DNA from: Alphaproteobacteria bacterium
Lineage (GTDB): Bacteria > Pseudomonadota > Alphaproteobacteria > MPNO01 > UBA830
Assembly (NCBI GenBank): GCA_964291215.2
Contig: OZ219791.1
Location: 1,312,001 to 1,376,000, forward strand
DNA length: 64,000 nt
Direction: 5' to 3'
Positions within the stretch are counted from its first letter, which is position 1, and each line of letters starts with the position of its first letter. This document shows, piece by piece, positions 1-11,324 of this stretch. Under the pieces are notes generated by a model. It was not told where the DNA came from and ran no database searches. It saw only the letters and a program-made list of their open reading frames with translations. The position numbers and the translations under genes were made by a program.

Positions 1-82
1 AAACACCTGATAGTCGCGGACGTGACGCTTGCCGGCATCGAAGCTGACGGCTATCTTCGCATCCGCTGTCGGTGGCGGTGCA

Positions 83-158
83 GCCGATGTAGCTCAGATG
101 GTAGAGCAACGCATTCGTAATGCGTGGGTCGGGGGTTCGAGTCCCTCCATCGGCACCA
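83..158 (+). tRNA. tRNA-Thr (anticodon CGT)
   Basis: GCCGATG/CATCGGC acceptor stem, D-arm AGCTCAGATGGTAGAGC, anticodon arm ACGCA-TTCGTAA-TGCGT, T-loop GGTTCGAGTCC, encoded CCA end. Confidence 0.97.
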
Positions 159-218
159 GCCCCGGCGCGGCCGTCCGCAGGGGCCTCAAGATCTTCCACC
201 TGCGGCAGAGCCGGCCCC

Positions 219-247
219 GCGTCACAAAAAATTCATCAAATTGTCAC
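219..247 (+). promoter_or_regulatory. Putative PhoB box (Pho box)
   Basis: GTCAC (221), TTCAT (232) and GTCAC (243) at exact 11-bp spacing with A-rich spacers, about 105 bp upstream of pstS. Confidence 0.8.
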
Positions 248-351
248 GCCGTCATTAAATAGGCGCAATAGATTCATACTGCCAACGACAGGCGTTGGCT
301 GACGAGGCGCCAGTGTCTCGTGTTTCCCAAGCCCATCTCCATGGAGGTAAG

Positions 352-1389
352 ATGCAAGCGAAAACCCTTGTCGCGGTCACCGCTGCCGCGCTTGTCGCAG
401 TCGGCGCGGCGGAGGCCCGCGACCAGATCAAGATCGTTGGATCGTCGACGGTGTTTCCGTTCTCGACCACGGTTGCCGAACAGTTCGGTAAGAGAACGCA
501 GTTCAAGACTCCTGTGGTCGAGAGCACGGGGTCCGGCGGCGGGCTAAAGCTGTTTTGCGCCGGCGTCGGCGTGCAGCATCCGGACATCACGAACGCCTCG
601 CGCAGGATCAAGAAATCGGAGGTGGAGAAGTGCGCCAAGAACGGCGTGACCAAGATCACGGAAGTCAAGATCGGCTATGACGGCATCGTGCTCGCGCACT
701 CCAAGTCCGCCAAGCAGATGAACATCACCCTCAGACAGCTGTTCCTGGCCCTGGCCAAGGATGTTCCGGCGAACGAGGACGGCTCGAAGCTGCAGCCGAA
801 CCCCTACAAGAAATGGAGCGAAGTCGACGTCTCGCTGCCGGACCGCAATATCGAGGTTCTTGGCCCGCCGCCGACATCGGGCACGCGGGATGCGTTCGTG
901 GAGCTTGCCATGGAGGGCGGCTGCAAGACGTTCGCGGCGCTCAAGGCCATGAAGAAGACCGACAGTAAGATGTATAAGGCGGTCTGTCGCGGCGTTCGTG
1001 AAGACGGCGCCTTTGTCGAGGCGGGCGAGAACGACAACCTGATCGTCCAGAAGCTCAGCGCCAATCCGAAAGCTCTGGGAATCTTCGGATTCTCGTTCCT
1101 CGATGCCAATGCCGACAAGCTTCGAGGCAGCAAGGTCGACGGGGTCGACCCGGAATTCGAGTTGATCGCGTCGGGCAAGTATCCGATTTCGCGGTCCATG
1201 TACTTCTACGTCAAGAACGCGCATGTCGGTGCCATCCCCGGGATCACCGAATACGTCAAGGAGTTCACGTCCGAGAAGGCGTGGGGCGAGGACGGCTACC
1301 TGGTTGACAAGGGCCTGATCCCGCTCGGGGATGCCGATCGGAAGAAGGCCAGCGCCATGGCGAGGAAATTTGCCCCGCTCAGCATGTAG
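352..1389 (+). CDS. pstS: Phosphate ABC transporter substrate-binding protein PstS
   Basis: Signal peptide; motifs IKIVGSSTVFP, ESTGSGGG, NASRRIK, GPPPTSGTRDAF, YPISRSMYFY; GGAGG RBS before ATG 352. Confidence 0.95.
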   Translation: MQAKTLVAVTAAALVAVGAAEARDQIKIVGSSTVFPFSTTVAEQFGKRTQFKTPVVESTGSGGGLKLFCAGVGVQHPDITNASRRIKKSEVEKCAKNGVTKITEVKIGYDGIVLAHSKSAKQMNITLRQLFLALAKDVPANEDGSKLQPNPYKKWSEVDVSLPDRNIEVLGPPPTSGTRDAFVELAMEGGCKTFAALKAMKKTDSKMYKAVCRGVREDGAFVEAGENDNLIVQKLSANPKALGIFGFSFLDANADKLRGSKVDGVDPEFELIASGKYPISRSMYFYVKNAHVGAIPGITEYVKEFTSEKAWGEDGYLVDKGLIPLGDADRKKASAMARKFAPLSM

Positions 1390-1426
1390 CTGCGTGACAG
1401 CGGTCGAGGCCTTTCGGCCCGCCGCG

Positions 1427-1458
1427 GGGGCGGCGCTCTCTGGAGAGCCGCCCCTTCT
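1427..1458 (+). terminator. Possible intrinsic terminator after pstS
   Basis: GC-rich hairpin GGGGCGGC-GCTCTC-TG-GAGAG-CCGCCCC followed by a short TTCT; weak U-tract. Confidence 0.45.
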
Positions 1459-1806
1459 GCGTTCAGAGCCCGGTGTGGTGCAGACGGGGCCTGCTGGCGG
1501 AACCTGCCGCGCATGCTGCGGGTGCGCCAGGTGCAGGCAGGAGCTATCCGGTTGTCACGCGGCGTCTGGTCGTGCAGACGGTCCGGATACGGTGGCTCCG
1601 GACGGTCGACTGTAGGCGCGCGATGACCGCGACAGTCGTCGGTCGGCGCGCAATCCCGCTGATGCTGCGCGCCGGACCAGGCCGGGTCGTTGTCCGCGTT
1701 CACTCGTATGTTCGGATTGGGAACGGTCCGGCCCTGGCGGAGAGTAGTACGGACGGTTCGATGGGCTCCGGCGCGCCAGCGCCGGGAGAAGGCTGTGGAT
1801 GCTGAC

Positions 1807-2148
1807 TTACTGGTTTTCCGCTTCGGCGAGCGCTGCGTCTCTCGAATCGTGGACCGGGATGATCTTGTGAAATCCTGAAATCTCGAAGACTTCCTTGATC
1901 GAGCCGGGGAGGGAACAGAGCATGAACTTTGCGTCCCTCTTCCAGAGGGTCTTCGCCAACAGGAGAATGGCGCGCAGGCCGGCACTGCTGATGTAGGACA
2001 GTTCGGTCATGTCGACGACCACGGCCGTGTCCGAACTGTCAACGGCGACATTCATCGCATCTTCGAAATTGCGGCTGTTGGAGCCGTCGATGCGGCCTTC
2101 CACCCTGACAATCAGGACGCCACTCTCGCGTTCAGTCTTTAGATCCAT
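1807..2148 (-). CDS. STAS-domain anti-sigma factor antagonist
   Basis: 113 aa; GRIDG and VVVDMTELSYISSAGLRAIL (phosphorylatable Ser motif), VFEISGF. Confidence 0.92.
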   Translation of the reverse strand: MDLKTERESGVLIVRVEGRIDGSNSRNFEDAMNVAVDSSDTAVVVDMTELSYISSAGLRAILLLAKTLWKRDAKFMLCSLPGSIKEVFEISGFHKIIPVHDSRDAALAEAENQ

Positions 2149-2540
2149 GGGATTTTCCTTACGCTGGCTTATTCGAATCCAGAATCGCCCACGGATGGTA
2201 ACACGATTCCAGATGCGTTCAAACTACCTGCCGCCCACTTCACGCCGTCGGACGCAAGCACCTTCGGGCAGGATGGACGTTGGCAACCTCGTCGAAGCTA
2301 TTATCACTTGTCCGGGTGCAAGATGCAACAGCCGATAGGGCCAGGACCATTCTGTTGTCCCGATCGGCGGCGGACAACCGTGTCAGAGTGGCCGTTCTTG
2401 AAGTTGGTGGCACCGTCTCAAGGTCGAAACCGGCATATCGACAACGAAATCCGCTCCCGAATGGACCTCCAGATCTGCCTACAACGCCCCCTCGTCGGAC
2501 GAAACATGACAAAAGAAGAGTCCTGCCGATAGGACACTAT

Positions 2541-2733
2541 CACGGTGATCCCATGCTGATTCCGAGACGCGAAATCCGAGTGCGTTGGGGCTCGCGTCAT
2601 CACAGATCGCCTCCTTGATCGCAATTTTTCGCGCCGAGAAGGCCCCATCGGGCCTTGGCGGCACGATTGCAGCGCGACGCAGACTGAAAAATCTCGCCAG
2701 TCGTCGCTGGATTGGCAGCGTGGGATCATCGTG
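2541..2733. mobile_element. MITE with the termini of the local ISAs1/DUF4338 element
   Basis: Begins CACGGTGATCCCA and ends TGGGATCATCGTG, matching the ends at 6855, 18236/20083 and 22579/25662; 193 bp, no ORF. Confidence 0.75.
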
Positions 2734-2891
2734 CGATAGGGAGCGGGTTCCGCCGAACCGCCAGAGCAGCTCAGCTATCGCTCCGACGGCTTCCTGCCGG
2801 CGCCGGTTTTGCCTCCTCGTCCCTAAGGTTCTACAAATGGCGTGCGCCGTTCAGCGGATTGCGGAGCGGCAGACTTCCGGAGACCGTTCGC

Positions 2892-4505
2892 ATGGGTGAA
2901 GCGCCGCGTCAGTTCGACTATGTCATTGTCGGAGGCGGATCGGCCGGCTGCGTCCTGGCCAATCGCTTGTCCGAGGACCCGTCGACGACGGTGTGCCTGC
3001 TGGAGGCCGGCTCACGGGACCGGCGTCCCTGGATACATGTTCCCCTTGGCGTCATGCGCTGCATGTTCGACGGGGCGATCAACTGGAAGTTCTCCAGCGC
3101 CGCCCAGACAGGCATGAGTGGCCGCAACATCTACATGCCGCGCGGCAAGACGCTGGGCGGTTCGAGCTCCATCAACGGAATGATCTATGTCCGCGGCCAT
3201 CGCGGGGACTATGACGACTGGGCCGCGCTCGGCAACGAGGGCTGGGGCTTCGACGATGTGGTGCCCTACTTCCGGAAATCGGAGAACAACCTCGAGTACG
3301 GTGACGCCGAGCTTCACGGCGACAGCGGTCCGCTGGACGTCACCTACATCAACAGGCCGAGCCCCCTGCACGAGACGTTCTTCCACGCCGCCGAGGAGTT
3401 GCAATACCGCCGCAACGACGATTTCAACGGCGCCGCTCAGGAAGGGTTCGGGATCTATCAGGTAACCCAGAGGAAGGGCCGGCGGCTGTCGACCGCGCGC
3501 GCGTTCCTCAAACCGGTCGAGAAACGCAAGAACCTGTCGGTGATCACCGGCGCCACGGCAACCCGCATACGGATTGAGGATGGGCGCGCCTCCGGGGTCG
3601 AGGTCAGGATCGGCAACGTTCCCGCGGTGATTGCCGTCCGGCGGGAACTCGTTCTCTCCGCCGGTGCGCTGCTTTCTCCGAAGCTCCTGATGCTGTCCGG
3701 CATCGGCGGCGGCAACGAGCTCAAGGCGTGCGGAATCGAGCCGGTCCACGAACTTCCCGGAGTCGGCCGGAACCTGCACGACCATCCCGCGATACACGCC
3801 TTCTACCGTACTCGTAGCCGCAGGGCTTACGGCCTCACGGTCGGCGCGATTCCGGAACTCGCATGGTGGATGCTTGAATATGCGGCGGCCCGGACGGGGC
3901 TCCTCGCAAGCAACATGGTCGAAGCGGGTGGATTCGTGAAGACCCGCCCCGGCGTCGAACGGCCCGACATCCAGCTCAATTTCATTCCCGGTTACCGCGA
4001 GTCGCCGAGCCGGATGATCGGTTACGGTCGCGGCTACGTGGTGACGGCGGCCCTTCTGCGGCCGACCAGCCGGGGTTCGCTAACTGTGGAGACCGCCGAT
4101 CCCGACACCCCGCCCCGCATCGATCCCAACCTGCTCGGCACCGACGAGGATCTCGAGATCCTGACCGACGGGTTCGGCATCGGACGCAGGATTGCCAATG
4201 CTCCGGCATTCTCCGGAATTGACGGCACGGAACGCTATCCGGGCGATGCCGTTCAATCCAGGGACGAGCTCAAGGCGTATGTCCGGAACAATGGAGCGAC
4301 TATTTTTCACCCTGTCGGCACCTGTAAGATGGGTTCGGACGATATGGCCGTGGTGGATTCGCGCTTGAAGGTCAGGGGTCTTGCCGGCCTGCGCGTCGTC
4401 GACGCCTCGATCATGCCGAGCATTGTCGGTGGCAACACCAATGCGCCGACCATCATGATCGCGGAGAAGGCCTCCGACATGGTCAAAGAGGACGCGCGCG
4501 CCTGA
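2892..4505 (+). CDS. GMC family oxidoreductase (choline dehydrogenase-like)
   Basis: DYVIVGGGSAGCVLANRLSE, RGKTLGGSSSINGMIY, GVGRNLHDH, FHPVGTCKMG, GNTNAPTIMIAEK. Confidence 0.95.
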   Translation: MGEAPRQFDYVIVGGGSAGCVLANRLSEDPSTTVCLLEAGSRDRRPWIHVPLGVMRCMFDGAINWKFSSAAQTGMSGRNIYMPRGKTLGGSSSINGMIYVRGHRGDYDDWAALGNEGWGFDDVVPYFRKSENNLEYGDAELHGDSGPLDVTYINRPSPLHETFFHAAEELQYRRNDDFNGAAQEGFGIYQVTQRKGRRLSTARAFLKPVEKRKNLSVITGATATRIRIEDGRASGVEVRIGNVPAVIAVRRELVLSAGALLSPKLLMLSGIGGGNELKACGIEPVHELPGVGRNLHDHPAIHAFYRTRSRRAYGLTVGAIPELAWWMLEYAAARTGLLASNMVEAGGFVKTRPGVERPDIQLNFIPGYRESPSRMIGYGRGYVVTAALLRPTSRGSLTVETADPDTPPRIDPNLLGTDEDLEILTDGFGIGRRIANAPAFSGIDGTERYPGDAVQSRDELKAYVRNNGATIFHPVGTCKMGSDDMAVVDSRLKVRGLAGLRVVDASIMPSIVGGNTNAPTIMIAEKASDMVKEDARA

Positions 4506-4550
4506 GGCGCCGCGCCCGGGACTGCTGTGGCGGGAACCGAGGGTGTCAGG

Positions 4551-5510
4551 ATGAACTCTGCGCTGGTCTGCACCTCGCATTCGCCGATTCTCTATGTCCG
4601 CCCGGAAGCGCCGCCCTACGAGGAAGAGGTCTTCGCAGCCCTTGCGGCGCGGCGCGACGCCATTCTCGCTTTTAATCCTGAGGTTGTGTTCTTTTTCGGC
4701 GCCGATCATTTTGCAGGCTTTCATCTGAACGCGATGCCGGCGTTCTGCATCGGTACCGGCGCCGCGACGGCGATTGACGATGTCGGCGGCTTTCCCGGCG
4801 ATTTCGATGTGGATACCGCCGCCGCCCGGGGCTTGGTGCGGCATCTGCGCGGCCAAGCGTTCGATGTCGCGCTCTCGGAACGGATGACCGTGGATCACGG
4901 GTTCTCCCAGACCATGAAGAACGTCTTCGGTGAACTTGACGCTTTTCCCTGTGTTCCGATCTTCATTGGTGGAATATGCCAGCCGTTTCTGCAGTTCCAA
5001 AGGACGCGGCAGTTTGGCAGCGCGATCGGTCAGTATGCCACCTCGCTCGGCAAGCGGGTGCTCTTTGCCGGGTCGGGAGGCCTTTCACACCATCCGACGC
5101 GCTACTACCCGCTGCCCGGCGAGGCCGATCCCGAAGTCGAGGCTTGGCAGATGGCAGGACCCCTCGGCGGAACCTTCACGCAGGAGGAATGGCTGAAGCG
5201 GCTCTTCGACATGCATGTCGAGGGCGGACGGATGCTCAGGGACGGGCGCAGGACCCGCGAGCAGATCAGGCTCAATCCGGCGGTCGACCGGGCGTTCCTC
5301 GACGTGCTGGCGTCGGGGGACCTTTCTCCGCTCGACGGTTGGTTGATGGAGGACCTGTTCGAGACGGCCGGCATCGGTTTCACCGAACTGCATGGCTGGG
5401 TGGCTGCGGTGGCGGCGAATCTCGCCTGCGATGGTGCGGCGCCTACGGTCGATTTCTATCTCGATTCGCTGGATTACGCGATTGGCTTTGGCATCATTCA
5501 CGCTGACTAG
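4551..5510 (+). CDS. mhpB: MhpB/LigB-family extradiol ring-cleavage dioxygenase
   Basis: CTSHSP, DHFAGF, VDHGF, GSGGLSH motifs of LigB-type dioxygenases; substrate uncertain. Confidence 0.75.
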   Translation: MNSALVCTSHSPILYVRPEAPPYEEEVFAALAARRDAILAFNPEVVFFFGADHFAGFHLNAMPAFCIGTGAATAIDDVGGFPGDFDVDTAAARGLVRHLRGQAFDVALSERMTVDHGFSQTMKNVFGELDAFPCVPIFIGGICQPFLQFQRTRQFGSAIGQYATSLGKRVLFAGSGGLSHHPTRYYPLPGEADPEVEAWQMAGPLGGTFTQEEWLKRLFDMHVEGGRMLRDGRRTREQIRLNPAVDRAFLDVLASGDLSPLDGWLMEDLFETAGIGFTELHGWVAAVAANLACDGAAPTVDFYLDSLDYAIGFGIIHAD

Positions 5511-5527
5511 CCGCCGCGCACGAACAG

Positions 5528-6775
5528 TCAATCGGTGCCGCGGTGGCCGTGGTGATGCGATTGCATGTAGTGCAGCCGTAGCAGGTCCACTCCGTAATCA
5601 TTGCCGTTCGGCGTGCGCACGATCGTGTGGATGTGAAAATTCCGCGGTTCCGCGTTGGTCAGAAACAGGCCGGAATGCTGGTCGAACTCGATGAATATGA
5701 CCGGGCTCTGGATGCGGTAGTAGAAGGCCGCCGTCTCCTCCATTCCCCCGATCCAGCAGAAATGCGTGTCCCCGAGATGACGCGCGACCTCGTCCATCCT
5801 TGCCTGCAACGGTCCCGAGGGGAGCGGATCGACATAGGCCTCGATCAGGTCGAGCAGTATGCGTTGCTGCGGCCCCGTCAGGGTGTCGCAGGGCAGACCC
5901 TCATAGGGAACGATCCTGTTGTCCTGGTAGGCGCCTCCGAGGTGGAAATGGTCTGCGGGATGCCATCTGCCGGGCGGATGATCCTCGCCGTTCATGGACG
6001 CCGAAACGCGTGCCTTATTGCGCATCTGCAGCGTCAGCGAACGCATCAACTCGAGGCCTCGCTTCTCTTCGTCCGTGAACACGCTGATGCCCTCGAAGCG
6101 GCCCTGGTCGGCATAGGTCGGTTCGGCGCCCATGAAGCAGGGGGTCAAGACCATTTGTCCGCCGATCACGAGGCAGTTCAGGCTTAGGTGATGTCCGAAG
6201 AGCTGCCAGCCCCAAGGCTCGGAAACCGACGGAACCCCGAACAGCGCGAACGTGTAGCTCCATTCCCCGAGCACCCCGGGGGCATCCAGAAGTTCGCCTA
6301 GAAAGGCGTTCAGGCGCATCACCGAGCGTGATTTCTCCATGCCCTTCGAGCTCAGGCTGGCTTCGAGCACCGAGAGCACCGCCTCGCGGAGGTCCGGCTC
6401 CACCCCGTCGAGGCGCAGGCCGTGCCCGTCGACGCAGAGTTCGGTGTTCTGCCAGTGTCGCCACTGTTCCGACTCGACCGCAAACACCGTCTTCTGCTTC
6501 TGTTCGGTGGACAGGCGGGCGAGGAGGGCGATCGCAGCATTGGTCATGGTCGATGCGGGCGCATCCTCGGACCGCAACGAAAAGAGTTCGCCTCGGACCT
6601 GCCCGTCGGACGTCAGGCCGGTGAAAGGCCGTTCTCGGAGCTCCGCCCAGCCAGCGAGCAGCTTCCGGGCTCGTTCCCGTCTGCAGATTGCGGCCGTGTG
6701 TTCTTCGGCTGTCGCCCCCGCTATGCGTGACTGTCCGGTCTCCGGCACGAAGGGGCGGAAGTCGGCGCGGCTCAT
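5528..6775 (-). CDS. DUF3500 domain protein
   Basis: PWGWQLFGHHLSLN, TPCFMGAEP, FYYRIQSPVIFIEFD, HIHTIVRTPNGNDYG motifs. Confidence 0.85.
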   Translation of the reverse strand: MSRADFRPFVPETGQSRIAGATAEEHTAAICRRERARKLLAGWAELRERPFTGLTSDGQVRGELFSLRSEDAPASTMTNAAIALLARLSTEQKQKTVFAVESEQWRHWQNTELCVDGHGLRLDGVEPDLREAVLSVLEASLSSKGMEKSRSVMRLNAFLGELLDAPGVLGEWSYTFALFGVPSVSEPWGWQLFGHHLSLNCLVIGGQMVLTPCFMGAEPTYADQGRFEGISVFTDEEKRGLELMRSLTLQMRNKARVSASMNGEDHPPGRWHPADHFHLGGAYQDNRIVPYEGLPCDTLTGPQQRILLDLIEAYVDPLPSGPLQARMDEVARHLGDTHFCWIGGMEETAAFYYRIQSPVIFIEFDQHSGLFLTNAEPRNFHIHTIVRTPNGNDYGVDLLRLHYMQSHHHGHRGTD

Positions 6776-8038
6776 ATGTCCTGTCCCCGTGTGGAAGGTT
6801 TGGGGCAGGATAGAACTCCGGAGCGTGGTCTTTCAACCTGACACTGTTAACTCGCACGGTGATCCCACGCCAAGTTTGTTGGAAGGGTCGGTTTCGCTTG
6901 TTCAGGATGATTCGCATTTTCGCTGACTTTTTGTGAAGCGGCGCAGTATCCGTTGTCGTGATGGAAGGGGCAGCGGATTTTTTTGAGACGACTCTGGAGG
7001 GTTTTGCGCTCCGGGATGTAGTTGTGCGCCTTGCGTGGCCTGATGTCGCTGGAATCGTGCGGTTGACGGTATCCTGGTTTCAAGCAGTTTGCCGGTCGAG
7101 GTCTGCGCTACGTGTTCACCTGGCGCGGGCAGTGGATTGGCGCTGCGGGCTGGCAGACGGGCGCCCTCGGCTGCGCACCGCGGGACCGTTGGATTGGCTG
7201 GCGCCGCGAGGAACAGTTCAGGCGGTTGCCGGGAACAACACGAGGTTTGTTGTTCTTGGTGGTCGCCGGGTGCTGCCGGGCCTTGCCTCGTTTGCGTTGT
7301 CGCGGATGGTGCGGTGGCGACCGGGAGGCTGCCGTTGCTTGTTGCGGAGTCGTTTGTCTCGCCGACGAAGTTCAGCGGCACCATGTACAAGGTGGCGAAC
7401 CGGGAGGGCGTTGGCAGGAGCTATGCGCGCGCCAACGGGCGCCGACCGGCACAGGGAGGCGAAGGATCTTTACGTGTTTCCGCTGCGTCGTGACGTCGGC
7501 TGCGGGACCGTTCGTCGCGGGTGCAGTTCTCGTATGGCGAATCCAATTCATTGATTTAACACGGTTGTGCGGTCGCGAGGCAGCGGCGAAAACGGGTTTT
7601 CGTGACAATCGCCCGTTTCGGGACAGGATTTTGTCACGACCCCCGCGGCATCGACAGGGTGATCCGGGCGCTGCGCCATCTTCGCGACACCGCGGCGCCA
7701 ACGGGCCGACATCGACAGGGAACCGGCCTTTTTCCGCAAGCATCGCCACCGCATGCGCTACCACGCGCTGAAGCAACCGGCTCGGGAATTGTCGAGGCGG
7801 CGTATCTACTCACCCCTAGTTGGGTTCTGATTCATAGTGCTCGTTGATGATGTCTGCGGCTTTTCCGTCGAGGGCGATCTGGGTGGCGACGAGTGGGTTG
7901 TAGCCGAGTGCGGCCATGGAGGTGAGGTAGCTTGAGCTCCGGCACCATGCTTTTGCGTGGAGCGGAAGCATCCGGACACCTTGACCTTTGCCATCCTGAT
8001 CTTCTGTTCTCCGGCATTGTTGGTGAAGCTGACATTGG

Positions 8039-9681
8039 GTGCGCCAGGCTAACTGGTGGAATGTTGCCGGGTGCAAGTCCCGGCAGGAAGAGAGGCTAAC
8101 CACCACTTTCTCCGTGAACCATGCGTCGTGAGGCGTCAGGCGAAGCGTTGGGGAACGGCAGGCCGGGCTATTGAGCCACGAGATGCTTTGAAACCGGAGT
8201 GCCGAGGTCGTGGCCGAAGGCAACGAGCCGCGTTGGTGAGGGGGGCTCCGCGGGGTCCGAGAACCATGGCCGAAGCAGGGACCTGGGAGGTCTTTCAATC
8301 GCCCCTCTGTCGTGGAGGGGCCGCAGAGGAAAGGAACTATTCCATAAACCGATGATGAACGAGAAGTCAGATCCGGCCATAGTACCGTTGAAGGCGGCGA
8401 ACAAGGGTTCTTCGGAGCCTGCGGAGTTGCTGGAGGGAAGGGCAATGCGGTTGGCCCGCGCCGCGCGCAGAAGCGGGGGTCACAGGCGGCTGAACGCAGG
8501 TAGCGAAGAGGAACCCGGAAGAGCGTCTTTACTCCACCACGTGACGGTCGACGCTCTGCACGATGCGTTCCATTCCTTGAGGAAGGACGCGGCGGCGGGG
8601 CGTTGTGTGGCAAGCGTATGCGGAGGGTGTGGAACTGCCTGCACGCCCGTGTGCACAGGGGCGGGCGCCTCCGGGGTTTACATACCCAAGGAGGATGGAG
8701 GGCAACGACCGCTTGCCTCGGACAAGATTCTTCAGCGGGCGGTGTGATTCTGGTGCCGCGAGACGGAGTTCCTCGGGTTTAGTTACGGTTTCCGGCCGGG
8801 GCGCATCACGCGCTCGACGCCGTCACGGTGGAACGGCGGAAGGTCAACTGGATCGTTGACGCCCGCGGGTTCTTCGACAATCTCGACCGCGACCACCTGA
8901 TTGCGATGCTCGGGAAACGGATCGGGGGGTTATCCGGCTGATCATCAAGTGGCTGAACGCCGGCGTCATGGAAGGGACCGACTGGTCGGATACGGGCAAG
9001 GGAACACCGCAGGGGGCGATTGTATCGCCCTGCCTCGCGAACGTTTACCTGCACTACGTGCGACTGGTTCCAGAACCACTGGCGCAAGCGGATGGCTGGA
9101 GGCGACACGATCATTATGCGGACGACTTCGTGTGCGGCTTTCAGCATCTGGGCGATGCGCAGCGCTTTCTCCGGGACCTTGGGGAGAGGCTGGCCCACTT
9201 GAACTGCACCCGGACAATCATCGAGTTCGGTCGGTTTGCCAGAGCGAACCGCCGGAAGCAGGGCAAGACATTCGACTTCCTCGGCATGACGCACTTCTGC
9301 GAACAGACGAGGAAAGGCAGGTTCAGGGTCGGTCGCAAACCGTCTCGCAAACGGGCACCCTGCGGCGGATCAAGGGGGCCTTGCGCATGCGATGGCACGA
9401 CAACCGGCACGAAACGGCCAAGTGGTGAGTCATCAACGGCTGCTACTACGCCGTCCCGGGAAGCAGTCAATCCCTGCAGGGGTTCATACACCAATGCAAA
9501 CGGCTGCGTGCCCTTCGGCGACGCTCCCAAAAGGACTTCACCGGGGACATAGACACCCTCGCCGCTGCCCACTGAGCCAGCATCCGCCACCCGTGGCCAA
9601 ACCAGCGCCTTGTCGTCAGGGGAGGAGCGAACAGCGCACGTCCGGTTCTGTGCGGGGGGTAACCCGGTTCCCTACCGCAAT
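8039..9681 (+). mobile_element. Group II intron copy 1 (RT pseudogene)
   Basis: 5' GTGCG; 3' DV/DVI-like ..GCACGTCCGGTTCTGTGCGGGGGG..CCCTACCGCAAT; RT fragments YIPKEDG, FSYGFRPGR, GTPQGA, YADD, FDFLG; frameshifted. Confidence 0.93.
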
Positions 9682-11324
9682 GTGCGCCAGGCAAACTGGT
9701 GGAATGTTGCCGGGTGCAAGTCCCGAGAGAGGCTAACCACCACTTTCTCCGTGAACCATGCGTCGTGAGGCGTCAGGCGAAGCGTTGGGGAGCGGCAGGC
9801 TGGGCTATTGAGCCACGAGATGCTTTGAAACCGGAGTGCCGAGGTCGTCCAAGTGGGCAACACCCCGCGAGCCGCGTTGGTGAGGGGGGCTCCGCGGGGT
9901 CCGAGAACCATGGCCGAAGCAGGGACCTGGGAGGTCTTGCCCCTCTGTCGTGGAGGGGCCGCAGAGGAAAGGAACTATTCCATAAACCGATGATGAACGA
10001 GAAGTCAGATCCGGCCATAGTACCGTTGAAGGCGGCGAACAAGGGTTCTTCGGAGCCTGCGGAGTTGCTGGAGGGAAGGGCAATGCGGTTGGCCCGCGCC
10101 GCGCGCAGAAGCGGGGGTCACAGGCGGCTGAACGCAGGTAGCGAAGAGGAACCCGGAAGAGCGTCTTTACTCCACCACGTGACGGTCGACGCTCTGCACG
10201 ATGCGTTCCATTCCTTGAGGAAGGACGCGGCGGCGGGGCGTTGTGTGGCAAGCGTATGCGGAGGGTGTGGAACTGCCTGCACGCCCGTGTGCACAGGGGT
10301 GCGTACCGGGCGCCTCCAGGGTTTACATACCCAAGGAGGATGGAGGGCAACGACCGCTTGCCTCGGACAAGATTCTTCAGCGGGCAGTGTGATTCTGGTG
10401 CCGCTCTACGAAACGGAGTTCCTCGGGTTTAGTTACGGTTTCCGGCCGGGGCGCATCACGCGCTCGACGCCGTCACGGTGGAACGGCGGAAGGTCAACTG
10501 GATCGTTGACGCCCGCGGGTTCTTCGACAATCTCGACCGCGACCACCTGATTGCGATGCTCGGGAAACGGATCGGGGGGTCTGATCATCAAGTGGCTAAA
10601 CGCCGGCGTCATGGAAGGGACCGACTGGTCGGATACGGGCAAGGGAACACCGCAGGGGGCGATTGTATCGCCCTGCCTCGCGAACGTTTACCTGCACTAC
10701 GTGCGACTGGGTCCAGAACCACTGGCGCAAGCGGATGGCTGGAGGCGACACGATCATTATGCGGACGACTTCGTGTGCGGCTTTCAGCATCTGGGCGATG
10801 CGCAGCGCTTTCTCCGGGACCTTGGGGAGAGGCTGGCCCACTTGAACTGCACCCGGACAATCATCGAGTTCGGTCGGTTTGCCAGAGCGAACCGCCGGAA
10901 GCAGGGCAAGACGTTCGACTTCCTCGGCATGACGCACTTCTGCGAACAGACGAGGAAAGGCAGGTTCAGGGTCGGTCGCAAACCGTCTCGCAAACGGGCA
11001 CCCTGCGGCGGATCAAGGGGGCCTTGCGCATGCGATGGCACGACAACCGGCACGAAACGGCCAAGTGGTGAGTCATCAACGGCTGCTACTACGCCGTCCC
11101 GGGAAGCAGTCAATCCCTGCAGGGGTTCATACACCAATGCAAACGGCTGCGTGCCCTTCGGCGACGCTCCCAAAAGGACTTCACCGGGGACATAGACACC
11201 CTCGCCGCTGCCCACTGAGCCAGCATCCGCCACCCGTGGCCAAACCAGCGCCTTGTCGTCAGGGGAGGAGCGAACAGCGCACGTCCGGTTCTGTGCGGGG
11301 GGTAACCCGGTTCCCTACCGCAAT
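9682..11324 (+). mobile_element. Group II intron copy 2 (RT pseudogene)
   Basis: Directly abuts copy 1 (CGCAAT|GTGCGCC); same RT motifs, frameshifted. Confidence 0.93.

Noticed and set aside
83-158. tRNA-Thr as an island attachment site
   Set aside because: No integrase nearby and no repeat of the tRNA 3' end was seen in the window.
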